Below, in pieces: positions 23,551 to 38,200 of a DNA stretch of 64,000 bases (positions within the stretch are counted from its first letter, which is position 1; each line of letters starts with the position of its first letter). The translations under genes were made by a program, and so were the position numbers. The stretch is taken from assembly GCF_009914755.1 (NCBI RefSeq), contig NC_060931.1. One strand, given 5' to 3'. The stretch comes from the human T2T-CHM13v2.0 reference genome, Homo sapiens. The notes under the pieces were generated by a model that was not told the DNA's origin, searched no databases, and worked only from the letters and a program-made list of their open reading frames with translations.

Positions 23551-26523
23551 ACATGAATTAACTACTTTTAAAAATTCCAGTGGCTTTTCTTACAGAAATT
23601 TAAAAAAAAAATCTTAGAATTAATATGGAACCACAGAAGATCCTAAATAAGGCAATCTTTAACAAGAATAACAAATCTGGCAGCATCACACTTTCTAATT
23701 TCAAATTATATTACAAAGTTATAGCAGCCAAAATAGCATGGCTTGGAAATTAAAATCAGACATATAGACAAATGGAACACAGTAGAAAGCTCGTAAATAA
23801 ACCTATGCACATACAGTTAACTAATCTTCAACAAAGGTGCCAACAATGTACAGTGCGAAGAGGACAAGCCATTCAATATATGGTGTTGGGGAAAACAGCA
23901 TATCCACATTTTAAAAAATAAGATTGCATCATATAATAACGACTAAAAAATTTAACATAATTCCTGAAACCACAAAACTTGCAGAAGAAAATATTGGGGG
24001 AAGTCTTTATGAAATTGTTCATGAAAAGCACAGGCAACAAAAGAAAAAGTAAACAAGTAGAACTGTATTAAATTTAAAACTTTCTGCACAAAATGTCTCA
24101 CTTGCCTCATAAATATATACACCTACCATGTACTCACAAAAATTTTCTTAAAATAATAAAAAATAAAATAAAAGTTTCTTCACAGCAAAGGAAATGAAAT
24201 GGAAAGGCAACTTATGGAATGAGAAAAATATTTGCAAACCATATATCTGATAATGGGTTAATATCCAAACTATACAAAAACTTATACAACTCAATTACAA
24301 ATATACAAATATCCAGTTCAAAAATGGGCAAAGGATATGAACTGACATTTTTCCAAAGAAAACCTATGAATGGCCAATAGGTCTATTGGGGGGGGGGGGA
24401 GGGGGGCGGTGCTCAACATTAATAATCATCCAAAAAAATGCAAATCAAAACCACAATGAGATATCACCTCAGAACTCTTTATAGGATGACTATTATGAAA
24501 ATGTCAAAAAGTTACAATTGTTGGCAAGAATATGGAGAAAAGGGAACCCTTGTACCCTGTTGCTGGAATTGTCAATTAGAGCAGCTATTGTGGAAAACAT
24601 TATAGAGATTCCTCAAAATATTAAAAATAAAACTATTATTGGATCCAGCAATACTACTTCTGGGTATGTGTACAAGAAAAATTAAGTTACTAACTCAAAG
24701 ATGTACCATCATGTTCATTGCAGTATTATTTATAAAAGCCAAGATATGGAAAAAAAACACAAGTATCTGCTGATGGATTAATGGGTTACAAAAAAATATA
24801 ATCATACCTCATCTTATTATATGTCACAGATACTGTGTTTTTTCTTTATAGATTGAAGTTTGAGACAACCCTGCATCAAAGCAAGACTATCAGAGCCATT
24901 TTCCCAATAGCATATGCTCATTCCCTGTCTTTGTGTCCCATTTTGGCTATTTCTCAGTATTTCAAACATTTTTATTATTATTATTAATCAGTTATGATGA
25001 CCTGTTATCAGTGATCTTTGTCGTTCTTATTGTAATTGTTTTGGGGTGCCACAAACAGTGCCATACATGATAGAATACTTAACAAATATTTTTTGTGTTC
25101 TGGCCGCTCTAGTGACTGGCCACTTGCCCACCTCTCTTCCTCTCCTCATGCCTCACTCTCCCTAAATACACAACAATATTGAGATTAGGCCAGATTTGTA
25201 ACCCTACAATGGCCTCTAAGTGTTCAAGTGAAAGGACAAGTCACATGATTCTCATTTTAAGTCAAAAGCTAGAAATCATTAAGATTAGTGAGGAAGGTGT
25301 ATCCAAAGCTTGGACAGGCAAAAAGCTAGGCCTCTTGAACCAAACAGTCAGCAGAGTTACAAGTGCAAAGGAAAAATTCTGGAAGAAAGTTGGAAGTGCA
25401 TCCAGTGAACACTTAAATGGTATTAAAGAGTTATTGCAATTATGGAGAAAGTTTGAGTGGTCTGAATTGAAGACTAAATCAGCCACAATATTCCCTTAAC
25501 CAAAGCTTAATCCAGAGCAAGACCTTAACACTCTTCAATTCTATCAAAACTGGGAGAGGTGAGGAAGCTGTACAAGAAATTTTGAAGCTCACAGAGGTTG
25601 GTTCATGAGGCTGAAGGAAAAAAACCATCTCTGTAACAAAAAAGTCAAGGTGAAGCAGTAAGTGCTCGTGTAAAAGCTACAGCAACTTATCCAGAAGACC
25701 TAGCTAACACCATTGATGAAGGTGGCTACAGTAAGCAACAGATTCTCAGTGCAGATGAGATGGCCTTTCTTTGGAAGAAGATGTCATCTAGGACTTTTTA
25801 TAGCTAGGGAAAAGTCAATGTCTGGCTTCAAAGGACTGGCAGAATTTCATTTAGAGTATAATGTAGTGGTGCCTTTAGGTTGAAACCAATGCTCATTTAC
25901 CATTCCAAAATTCTTAGCGCCCTTAAGAATGATGCTGAATCTACTCTTCCTGAGCTCTATAAATAGAAAAATAAAGCCTAAATGACAGCACATGTCTACA
26001 TCATGGTTTATTTAATATTGTAAGCCCACTATTAAGATCTGCAACTCAGAAAAAATACATTTTTTTCAAAATATGACTGTTCATTAACAGTGAAATTAGT
26101 CAGCCAAGATCTCTGACAGAAAAGAATAAGATTGATGTTTTCATGCTTGCAAATACAACATCCATTCTGCAGCCCATGCATGGATTAAGGAGTAATTTTG
26201 ACTTTTAGGTCTCATTATTTAAAAAACACTTTTTGTCAGGCTATAACTTCCATGGATAGTGATTTCTCCAATGGATCTTGAAAGGTAAATTGAAAACCTC
26301 TGGAAAGGATTTACCATTCTAGATGTCATTATAACTGTCTTGTGATTTGTGGGAGAAAGTCAAAATACCAACATGAACAGGAGTTTGGTACCCTCATGGA
26401 TGACTTTTAAGGGTTCAAGACTTCAGTGGAAGAATTAACTGAAGATTTAGTGGGAATAGCAAAAGAGCTAGAATAATAAGTAGAGCCCGAAGATGGGATT
26501 GAATTGCTGCAAACTCATGGTAA

Positions 26524-26705
26524 CATTATTGTACATTTTAGAATAACTGAAGAAGCACAACATTTGTGACACAAAGAAATAACGAATGCTTGAGGTGATG
26601 GATATCCCATTTACCCTGATGTGATTATTATACATTGTATGCCTGTATTAAAATATCTCATGTATCCTATAAACATATACATGTACTATGTACTCATAAA
26701 ACTTA
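26524..26705 (+). mobile_element. L1MA1-4-type 3' end inserted in Tigger1
   Basis: tgcttgaggtgatggatatcccatttaccctgatgtgattatt...tactatgtactcataaaa. Confidence 0.8.
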
Positions 26706-26710
26706 TTTTG

Positions 26711-27058
<348 letters not shown>

Positions 27059-27695
27059 TTAGGTATGAGCAAAGAAAGAGGTTTCAAGGTTTCATAGAAT
27101 CCACACCTGGTGAAGATGCTATGAACACTGTTGAAATGACAACAACAACAAAAAATGTTATATAAACTTAATTGATAAAGCAGCAACATTAGAGGATTTA
27201 CTCTAATTTTCAAATAAATTCTAATGAGGGTAAAATGCTTTCAAAGAGCATTGCATCTCACAGAGAAATCTTTCACAAGAGGAAAAGTCAATTGATGCTG
27301 CAAACTTCATTGTTGTTTTATTTTAAGTGATTGTCACGGCCACTCCAGCCTTCAGCAACCACCACACTGATCAGCCAGCAGCCACCAACATCAGGGGAAA
27401 ATCCTCCACTAGCCAAAATATCCCAACCTCCTGGAGGCTCAGATAATTGTTAGCAATTTTTTAGCAATAAAGTATGTTTAATTAAGGTACATACATTGAT
27501 TTTCACCACAATGCTGTTGTATACTTATTAGAATATAGTATAATGTAAACATAACTTATATATGTCCTGGAAAACAAAAAAAAGTTGTTGTTTTTACTTG
27601 CTTTATTTAACTTGCAAATGACTTGCTTTATTGTGATACTTGCTTTATTGTGGTGGCCTACCATAGAACCTACAATATCTCCAAGTTATGCCTGT

Positions 27696-27696
<1 letters not shown>

Positions 27697-27736
<40 letters not shown>
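27697..27736. repeat. (GT)20 microsatellite
   Basis: Direct reading. Confidence 0.95.
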
Positions 27737-27740
<4 letters not shown>

Positions 27741-28633
27741 GAATACTATTTGGCCTTTAAAAAGAACTTACTGTCATTTGTGGCAATACTGATGAACCTG
27801 GAGGACATTATGCTATATGAAATAAGCCAGACATAGAAAAACAAATACTGCATAATCTCACTTATATGTGCAATCTAAGAAAGTAGAATGCATAGAAACA
27901 GAGAGTAGAAAGGTGGTTACAGGGAGTGAGAAAAACCAGGAAATGTTGGTCAGAAGGTACAAAGATTCAGTTATGCAGGAAGAATCCATTCTGTATATCC
28001 AATATACAGCATGGTGACTATAGTGAGTATTATTGTATTGTGCACTTGAGATTTGCCAAGAGATTAAATTGTAAGTGTTTTCAGTGCCAAAAAAGAAATA
28101 GTAACTATGTGAGGTGATGGATGTGTTAATTAGCTTGATGGTGGTAATCATTTTACAATTTATGTGTATATAAATACATCATAATTAAATATATATAATT
28201 AAATACATTATAATTAAATATATATAATTTTTAATTGTGAATTATACCTCAATAACAGTAAGAAAAAAGTCAAATATATTATAAAAGAAAAAAATAGTAA
28301 GAATTTGAGAACAGTTGGGGTTTAAGATAAGCTATGAATTCTGTAGAGCTTTCACAGGGCCTATGACATGGTAAAGTTGGAAGTTTGGGATTATGGGAAA
28401 ACGTGAGTAAAGGAGCAGAGGAGAGAAAATGAAGAATGGCTTTGAGAAAATAATCATGATGGAAAAGACCATAAGAGCAAATGGTGCGATAAAATATTGA
28501 GATAAAAGGGAACTTATAACCGGGCCTGAATGACAAAAGGAGAAGCTTAATAATGATATACTAATTGAGAATTTATTGAAGGATGCTTATCAGAAGAACA
28601 GAACAACACATTTAAGAAGTAGCATGTGCCTAT

Positions 28634-28996
28634 ATACCATGGAATACTATGCAGCCATAAAAAATGATGAGTTCATGTCCTTTGTAGGGACGTGGATGAA
28701 GCTGGAAACCATCATTCTCAGCAAACTATCGCAAGGACAAAAACCCAAACACCGCATGTTCTCACTCACAGGTGGGAATTGAACAATGAGAACACATGGA
28801 CACAGGAAGGGGAACATCACACACCAGGGACTGTTGTGGGGTGGGGGGCGGGGAGGGATAGCATTAGGAGATATACCTAATGCTAAATGATGAGTTAATG
28901 GGTACAGCACACCAACATGGCACATGTATACATATGTAACAAACCTGCACATTGTGCACATGTACCCTAAAACTTAAAGTATATATAAAAAAAAAA
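28634..28996 (+). mobile_element. 5'-truncated L1PA3/4 (end of ORF2, 3' UTR, poly-A)
   Basis: [17 protein letters not shown]...FSLTGGN; TSD aag(t/c)agcatgtgcctat at 28617-28633 and 28997-29013. Confidence 0.93.
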
Positions 28997-30629
28997 AAGC
29001 AGCATGTGCCTATTTCCCTGTCTTACACATATTTGGATTCTGACCACTTAAATTTCCAAAGAATATTAGAATAAGATTTTTATTAAGTATTTGCTCCTCT
29101 TTTTCATTTGTCATTAGTGATCCCCAGGAAATATGGCTGAAGATAGAGAAAAGGCATGGTCAAGAGATTGCCTTAGAATAACGCAATGTGCTCATTTTAG
29201 TTTCTTCAGAAGAGATGGTGAATAGCAAGTGAAACTGTTTGAAACATTTGAAAAATAAAGAAGAAATCTATACATTAGACTAAGAATAGAAGAACAATAA
29301 ACTGAGAATGAATTTAAATTTTCTCCTTAAAACTACAAAGCCACAGCTCTAGAAAGGAGCTCTAGTGCATTCTATTTCAAACTTTGTACCTCTCCACAAA
29401 CTCAGAGATGTCTAAGGAGACAAATGAGGACCTCAGTGAGGCATATGATTCTCTTGACCCCAAGAGACACATATTCAAAAGCACAGGACAAAAGGAAAAT
29501 TTTTAGAAGATGCAAACTTGACTTTAATACTCCATGGACCAATTACCTATACCTGCCTACAATATTAGCCAATATCTGAGATAAATTTTCTGACAAAGTT
29601 GCAAATATCAGCAGTCTTTTGAGTTTGTTAAGAAGGAAAGGCTTATAATTAGCATTAAGAATCTTTTGAAACACTTTCCTGTGATGCTTACCTTGCCCTG
29701 GAGGACACCATTATAGTGGCATTGTCTCCAAAATACGATTTAAACCCGCCTAAGATTTTCAAAAGGCCTGAGGAATTTCTAATTATTTACAACAGGCAAA
29801 AAGCAAGCATGCACAGATGTCTATGAAAACACATGAACACAAACCTGGGCAATAAACTAGGAATGAAATCTGTAATTTTACAAATTGGAAAAGATTAATA
29901 ATTAACCCATGTTTTGGAAATGGACAGAAATACTTATAAAAGTGTCAAAATGGTGCAAAATAATTCTATCCATGAGAAACCAGCAGAAATAATAAAAATA
30001 TATTTTAACTTTAAGTTGAATTTTATGACTCAAAGTTGGAAACTAATTACTATGGAGTACTTGATCACTAGTCTTAGCAAATATTTACTGAGTTTTTTTA
30101 GCTTCTTGTAGTCATGAAAATAACTTCTAATTGGAGAATATAATGAAAGAAGTATAAGTTAAAATTTACATTTTTATTAGCATGTAATTGACTATTCAAG
30201 AAAGGGGCAAATTGAACCATTTTGAAACACATATACGTTTATTTTATAGCATGTTGCCTGTGTAGTATAAGCTAGAAAACAGGCAAGGACAAACAAATAT
30301 CCTTTTCCAATTAAAGTTGTAAGGCATAAACTGAAGACTTGTGCATCTGCTAAATAAGACCTACTACACACTAAAGAAAAAAAATTTAAAACTAAGTGAA
30401 TTTTTTTTTAAAGTTGCTTTAAAAGCATCGACAAAATAACGACAAAAATTACTAGACGATAACCTAGGAAAAATCAAGAATCTGGAGATGTAAACACAAA
30501 ACTCAGAACCATATATATCCTAAGGGTATTTCTAACCCTAAAGAAACAGCTACAACACTGCTGGCGGCCTCACAGAAATAGGGAAACATCCTGGGCTTGG
30601 GCAGGGTGGAAAAGCTGGCAACATCCCTT

Positions 30630-31166
30630 GTACCAAACCTTCCCTTATATACTCGGCGTTTTGATACTGCAGCCAGGAATCTGCAAACAACATTTTTCCT
30701 CAACTGGCCAGATCCTTATTTGACTCCACCAATAGAGAAGGCTAAAGAGAGCCTGAAAAGCAGGAGGGGAGAGGAAACTTACTCCCGTTTATTTGCTGCT
30801 CCATTTACTGTAATCCCAGCAGTGGCTCTTTACCACAAGCTGTGGATTGCAGTCATCAGATTTTTTCCAGCAGTCCCAGAATGAGAACCAATCTCATTGT
30901 GCGCTTCAGAGGTACCAGCACTTTCCAGGTAGCATCGTCTCTTCCAAAGTCTGTGCCCCAGTTCTGTGGGGCCTCTCCTCTGAGAACTCTGTCTCCATCC
31001 TTTGTTCCCAGCCATTTCAATGTTATTAACTCTATCTTAACTCTATGTTCTTTTTCTGCTTTTTACTTTTCCAATATCTGTTTGATCGATTCCCTCATAT
31101 TAAATTATCTCTGTAAAATATCTAGCGTAATCTCATTTTTTCCTAAAAGAATTTTTGACTGATAGA
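30630..31166 (+). mobile_element. ERVL LTR, LTR41/LTR33-like
   Basis: ccaaaccttcccttatatactc...ctgcaaacaacattt...tattaaattatctctg...tgactgataga. Confidence 0.65.
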
Positions 31167-31169
31167 ACT

Positions 31170-32400
31170 GCATACTTTAAGTTGGGACCTCGAGGAGTTA
31201 CATTCCCATGGAAAGGATGAACTACACAAAAATAAGCCCTTATGTGACCCAAGTATTCATCTACTCAGTGGCCCAAGAAACATCAAGCCTTGAACTTGGG
31301 TTAAGGTGGTCTTGAAGTGGCAATACACTTATATTCACCCATACAGCAACAAATGAAAATTATCTCTGTAGAATGAGAAAACAATCCTAGAGTTCAAATT
31401 TTTCTCAATATAATTTTCAAATACTAAGCAGGTCACACAGTCAGGGATATATCAGGCACACAAGGAAACATGACACGATGAGGAAGAACCAGAATAAATG
31501 ACAGAAGAAAGAACGTACGAAGTATGAATCATTAATTATCAGAATTATTAGTCATAGAATATAAAACATCTGTACTTTATTTAAAAATACAAGCTTGAAA
31601 ATGTATTCAAGGAATAAGAAACACCAAAGAAAAGAGAATATTTGAAAAGTCTTAACAAAAACTCTAGAAATGTAAAATACAACAGTCAATATAAAACTTC
31701 AATATAAGACTCAAGAGAAAATTGGTAAGCTGGGAGATAGAAAAGAAAAATGTTATCTGGAATGTAGCACAGAGAAACAAAAGAATGAAAAAACACAGAA
31801 TTTGGGTAAGAAACATAAAGGATACAATCAATAGTCTAACCTTAGTTTCACAAGTGTGCCAGAAAGAGACTGAAGAAAGGAAATGGGAGAAACAATCCAT
31901 GAAGAAATAATAATAGCAAATTTTCCAGAATTGATAAGAATGATAAATCTACAGACTCAAGAATGCAATAAATCTAAGAGTATAAGCAAAAATAAATCCA
32001 TACTTAGATCTGTTCTATTGAACACTGCAGAAAAATATAAATTTATTAGAACACCTTAAAAGCAGCTGAAGAAAAAAAATGGTTATCTTCAGAGAAATGA
32101 TAATTAGAATGAGAGGTAGTTTACCAACAGCACCGATAAAATCAATAAAACAGTGGGATATTTTTAATGTGCTAGAAAAGTAACTGTCAACTTAGTAATC
32201 TATACTCAGCAAAAAAAAATTATTCAAAAAGAAAGGTGAAATAAAGGAAGAAAAATAAAGCATTATAGAGTTTACCACCAGCAGACCCTCATTAATGGAA
32301 ATTTTAAAGGATGAACTTCAGGCAGAATACAATATCTCAGAGGTGTAAGAAAGTATGACAAAAATAATGTAGTAAATGGGTAAGCATCAAATCAGTATCG
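31170..32400 (+). mobile_element. L1ME-type 5' UTR/ORF1 remnant
   Basis: aattttccagaattgat...agactcaagaa...gagtttaccaccagcagaccctcattaa is L1 ORF1-like. Confidence 0.7.
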
Positions 32401-32531
32401 CTGGCCTGACAGTATTTTGTGTATATTTCTCTCCACTGTGCTAAAATCAAATCTCCATTTTATTTTCTAGGAAATTCAAACAGTGAAAAAGAAGTGCTGA
32501 GTACATTCTTTTTTCCTCTTGGCTGAGAAAT

Positions 32532-32723
32532 CATTATTATTTCAGTTACCCACATAACTTAATCAATTTCACCTATTAAATGGCTTCACCTTTCATTCTC
32601 ATTGCATATATGGTTTTTATCAATGAAGCATTATTATTTCAATTACCCACATAACTTAATCAATTTCACCTATTAAATGGCTTCTACCTTCCATTCTCAT
32701 CACATATACGGTTTTTATCCATG
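32532..32723. repeat. Tandem duplication, period 97 bp, 2 copies
   Basis: cattattatttca(g/a)ttacccacataacttaatcaatttcacctattaaatggc... at 32532 and 32629. Confidence 0.93.
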
Positions 32724-33774
32724 CTTTAAAATAGAATATTTTAACAAAAAGAAAGGCAGCGGTTGTGTCTGTATCCCACTTGAAATGATAACACAGAAAA
32801 TATGTACAACATGGTTCAAAGAAATATGGATTTCACTTAAAATCCCAACTAGAAATGCCCAGAGACTCAGATTTAGCTTTGGTTGGGCCAAATATGCCAA
32901 TTAGAAAAAGTCCTAGTTGCTAATGTTTACTTTAACCTTATTTCTGGCATCCCTGAACTTGTGCTTAGTCAATACTTTTATGATTCCATAAATTACCAAA
33001 ATATATAATCTGTTTAGCAATGACAGTAATATGAACAAAGCAATCCTTTGGATATAATACAAATATTTAGAATGAATGAGTGTGCTAGATAACTTTAGAA
33101 AAACATTCTTTCTGTGGAATATCACTAAATATTTAAATGATAACAAATGACAGAATAATAGAAAGCAAATATTTTAGTAATTTTAGAAATATTATTTGGT
33201 ATCAACATTCATGACATTAAGCAAAATAATCTTTAACAACTAATGTCATTAAGCCATGAGTCATGAAGTTCTATTTGGGAATTCTTCAAATTTTGGGAGG
33301 ACAAATTAAAAGCAAAACGTCAACTCTGCCTCCTCACAATTTTACAAAAAGGAAAATCTCCAAAATCATGTACAACAACATCCTTGACAAATTATCTTCC
33401 AACTAGTTGTAATAGAATTTAAAGAATATGAAGAAAAGACAAAAGTGTTAGTGAGTAAAAAAAGAATCCAAGATATAGCTTGCTCATCCATTGACCTCAT
33501 TTGAAAGACAATATGTTTTATTCTTACAAGTATTACCCAAGGAGTATATTATCAACTGATAGTCTGAGAATTTATTGTCTTTACACAATAACCGTTTAAA
33601 ACTTGACCACCACAATTTGATAATAAAACGGTAACAATATTTAAATTTTTGATATAATTTTTCCTTTAATCATTTATACTATAGTGGAGATGTTTGCTCA
33701 TTTTTCAGCATTAGCCAATATTTTCTTTAACAAGCAATCATTTAGCAATTGACAGAATGCACATTCAGTGCTGC

Positions 33775-33920
33775 TCTACCTCTGTTCCAAACTATTTGTT
33801 TGACTTTAAGTCACTTACACTCACTGTTCCTTATTGTCTGCATCAAAATTGGGGATTATTTAAATTTTTAAATAAGGTTATACATGTAAAATCATTTAGC
33901 ACAATGTTTAGCAAAGACTT
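33775..33920 (+). mobile_element. MIR fragment
   Basis: tgactttaagtcacttac...tacatgtaaaatcatttagcacaatg. Confidence 0.6.
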
Positions 33921-34439
33921 CATTAATCTCAATTTTCTTGTTTATGTTGATGGTTTTGATTTGTTTCTTACTATATATTTCAGTGTAAGCTGACTATAAA
34001 TCTATTTCAGAAGAGATCATTTGCTGGGACTAATCCTTGTTGAAGAAAATGCAATAACAGAAGCTAGTGACTTGGCTAACATAGGCTGTACTCTTACATA
34101 TGTACCAAATCTATAATCAGATTCAAATATCTTTTTGAAACTTCTAAAAACTTCAGTGCTTTGCTCTGAGAGCCTTTATATAGGAAAGACACATTATATT
34201 TCCAACTTATTTGATCTAATTAAACAGTATTTTCCATTGTGAAGTGTGTGTTCTGACTCTAGATGTATAGGACTGAAATTCAAAACTGACTGAAGTATTC
34301 CATTTGTAACAGTAAACTAAAACAACTCCAAATTTAAAAATTATCTGTTAAAAACAACAGCATTTTTAAAGGGGGATAAAGATGATCAAGCATTGAATAC
34401 AGGACAATTTTTTTAGAAAAGAAGATAAAACCTGGATTA

Positions 34440-34634
34440 GACTAAGTTGTATAAAATGATAGTTACTAGCAGTATGTAGCTATTTTAATTTAAATTAAAT
34501 TAAAATTCATTTCCTCTCACACACTAGGCACATTTCAAATGTTCACAATCCACATGTGGCTAATGGCTACTATATTGCTCAACATAAATACAGAACATTT
34601 TCATTGTAGCAGAACATTCTGTTGAATAATGCTG
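34440..34634 (-). mobile_element. MER3 (hAT-Charlie)
   Basis: cacatttcaaatg...ccacatgtggctaatggctactatattg...gaacattttcattgtagcagaa...aatgctg. Confidence 0.8.
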
Positions 34635-35062
34635 ATCTAGATGATGGTAAAATAATTTATGGGAGATTTCTCCCCAAAAGAAATAAAATATTATGAATTT
34701 AAAGAGGAAATCAACTGTTTGAAGGGTAAACACTACAGCTAAATGTTCTGTTGATCTGATGATGTTTATACAGGTGTGTTAGGACGCAAGGAGCAGAAAG
34801 AATGATAAAAACAGGAATTAGGACTTTAATATTCTAATCACTTCTCTCTGCTATTAATAAGGTCTAACCTTGGACTTGAGTATGTATGGCAACATTCAGC
34901 ATTGTCCACTACCACTGTCACTATGACTGCTTTCTTCCAGCTAAAGAGAAATTGTCTATTGTAAGTCACTGGTGTTACAACTGTGCAGAGATGCCTATCC
35001 AAGCAAGAAGGATGGACTGATGACCACCAGTAGTGTGCCACATATGAGGAACACTCTTTTTT

Positions 35063-35267
35063 CAGCAGCAATGCTGGTAAACATTTAATAGCAGGCTCTG
35101 CATGACCAAAATTCCCTGATTTACAGAATTGTTTTTTATTTCTCTGGTATAAATTCACCTAACATGGCAGATGTCAAGCTACCAAAGTGAGGTAACTAAT
35201 GCCGAGCTGTGAAGGTATGTGTGCAGCAGATTTGAGGGCAATGTGAGCAAGCTGCAGCTCACTGCTG
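35063..35267. mobile_element. MER63A-like (hAT-Blackjack)
   Basis: tgctggtaaacatttaa...ccctgattt...catggcagatgtcaagctacca...gtgagcaagctgcagctcactgctg. Confidence 0.7.
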
Positions 35268-38200
35268 ACTTCTGCTACTCAGCCATTTCATTTCTCTCCA
35301 CAAGTTGAGGCTTTTGAACTCTGAACAGCAAAAAAAATGGGATTTTTATACCAATCCTCCTGGACTAATTTAAGGCCTTCAATGAATTAAAACAAAAGAA
35401 TGAAAAGCTATTAAAATCAAAATTAGAAACTCTCCAGACATCTCTCCAGCTTTAGTATAGAACACCAAACCATTAAGGATAACTCTACCTTCTTAAAGAC
35501 AAGGTAGATATTCATAGTCATCTTCATCATTGTGGATGCATGAGGCTGAGGTGCACGTATGCGAATAAGCTACATAGGATACCAGGAACCATGTTGCTAC
35601 TTAGCACCTCAGTATCAACTTTCTAAGAAAATAGAAAAGTCACTAAAGATTCTTTACTAAGCCTAATCCCACCACATGTACCTCTTCTGAGAACTTCAGC
35701 CTGGAATAGGGTCATAACTCCTCATCCTTGATCCTAATTAGATGCATCTTAATTTGCTTTCTACTTAACAGCATACGTATAGTTTTCCGGTACTCATGCA
35801 TAATGTTTTTTTTTTAAGTCTGTTCCTCAATGTTTAGATAATGTTTAACAATCTTAGAGAAGGAAATCTTTAACCTGCATCGAACTGCTACAAGAAAATA
35901 AATAACAGAAACAACGACATAATCTATGTCTAGCTTATGCACATCTACGCAGTCCTCCTGGGTCTTTTAAGAGAGACCCAGAACTTTTTTCTCTGAAAAA
36001 GTATGTAGAAGCTGGCAACCATTTATGATTTAAATAATATTGGAGTAGAGGGTGAATAAAGATCTGACTCTGTAGATATGCAAAAGTTACAATTGGAACA
36101 ATAATACACCCAATGAAAAGGAAAAATTACCCGTAATTAACAAATGACTGTTAAGTATATAACGAGCTCAATAAGCAACACATTTAGATAAGCAAAACAA
36201 GTTTTACCCAGAAATGTAAGTGCGAGAAAAATCTAAAAATTACAAAATATAATACTTATTAATCTTGACTTCCATCTTTTATTATATTTGCATTCTACTT
36301 ATTCTGAACTGTTAACCAAGCTTCAGTGGTGCCTACAGTTCCTAGATATGTCCACAGAACCCTGCATCTTCCAATGTGCCTGTTTTAGATAGATTAATTC
36401 TGCTCCTATCTAACCTTCAGTAGTCTCATTCATCATTAATTACGTGGTCAGACATCCTTATGGTGACCATTGTAGCCCTGCATAGAGTAAATATGAAGTA
36501 AGCCTGTATCAACTGGGTTATTTCTTACTTAGGTTACAAATAATAATAAAGCCACATATACCCAGTAATGTATCTCAGAAGCCCCCTGAGGCCTGAGACT
36601 GTGGTTGATCCACAGATTCATTTCCAATGACTAAAGACTTGATAGACTGTCAATAACTATTGTTGAATGAGTGAACACTGAATCCTTCAGAAAATCTCTA
36701 CTGCTTGTCACTTTGGGGGGAATACAATATTATTTGAAATAAGATTTTATTGAAATTAATATATTTACTAGAATGGGATAACCCTAATATTTTAATTCAT
36801 CATGAAATTTCCAAAATTTGTCTGAGCATAGAAGTCACTTTATATACTCAGAGTATTCAGAAATTTACTCTAGGAAGCTGTGTTTATCAGGTGCCTCCAG
36901 TGCTTACTGCGACCTAGTGAGTTTAGCAGATATTTCTTTATCACACTTGCTCACTGTCACCAAGCCAAATGTATAAGACTTGAAAGAGGGAGGAAAAGCT
37001 CATCTGGAAGTGCTGCTCAGGCACAGTAGATATGGGTGAATTTTGACAATAGAGCAGAGTTCAACATCCAAAAGAGACCTGTGTGTCTGCAAGGAGCAAT
37101 GAGGCAGTTAGAGGTCAACAAGTACCCTGGATCAACTTGCCTCCTACATAGATTGTTAACGCTAAAATTTTATGCACTGTCTTCCAATCCCACAAAATTA
37201 ATTCTCAACATTTTCTACCCTAATTCACTTCTTTATGTTTATATTATTTGTGGTGGCTAATATGTTGCTTTTTGTAGCCTAAATGCTTATAAATGGTCAA
37301 CATGTAAGCAATGATCAAAATTTGCTCATGAATTTATGAATATCAGAACACTTGCCATGTCAGACCCAAAGCTTGAATCTAGAACAGTAACCACAATCTT
37401 TTCTGCTACAGAAGCTTTATCAGTTTCTGCTTACTACAGCTCAGATCATACCTTAGTTTTATCCAGCATCCTAACTACAGTCATATCCAACCAGAGTATC
37501 ACATCTGCCCTCTTCTTTGCCATATCTATCAATATTTATTTCACTTAAGATCCATTGCTTTCCTGTAACAATTTAAAACAAGGTATCTTTCTAACAATTT
37601 TGCTTTGCTCAAGATTGTCTCTGAAAATGAAAATACTGAGAAAAATTGTTTTTGATAACTCTATAAAGAGTTGGGCAACTGTCTTTCCGTATCAGGCCTT
37701 AGGTATAGATGCCTTTAAAGGATTCTGAGATAGCAAGAGAACACCAGGTTTTGCTGTAATTACTAAAGGCACTGTCTGACAAAACTTTATTAAAGTTCAG
37801 CACTGTTTCAGATTCCTTTAGTCTCTAGACTGGTCATTCAGCATCTGAAGATAAACTTATCTGGGAATGTCAAAATAATACAGCAATAATTGCATCTAAC
37901 TGATGCAGAATATAGGCATTCCAGGAAAAGCAGTTTAAGAATGAAAAGTCTACTAGAGGAGGGAGGCAATTTGGCCAAGGTTTAATTTTGCCTCACTGAT
38001 TTCTCCGCAAGTGATTTTCTGCCTTACTGTTTTCAATGCTAGTAGGGTAACATTCCTGTCCTTTGCCAGAATCTCATCAAATGAAATGAGAAGACTTTTA
38101 CCTGTTTGTTTATTGATTGGTTATATCAATTTCTTTCACTAATAGGCTATCTCAAACTACAGCTGGCTGCCTTTGATAATATAATCAGAAGTATGTTCCT

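Noticed and set aside
25179-25499. TIGD1-like domesticated transposase gene
   Set aside because: The Tigger1 frame breaks after ~65 codons, has later stops and frameshifts, and is interrupted by L1 and Alu.
29692-29869. Possible minus-strand exon (AAG|GTAAGC donor, ttacag acceptor)
   Set aside because: Only moderate splice signals, expected by chance in 64 kb; no independent support.
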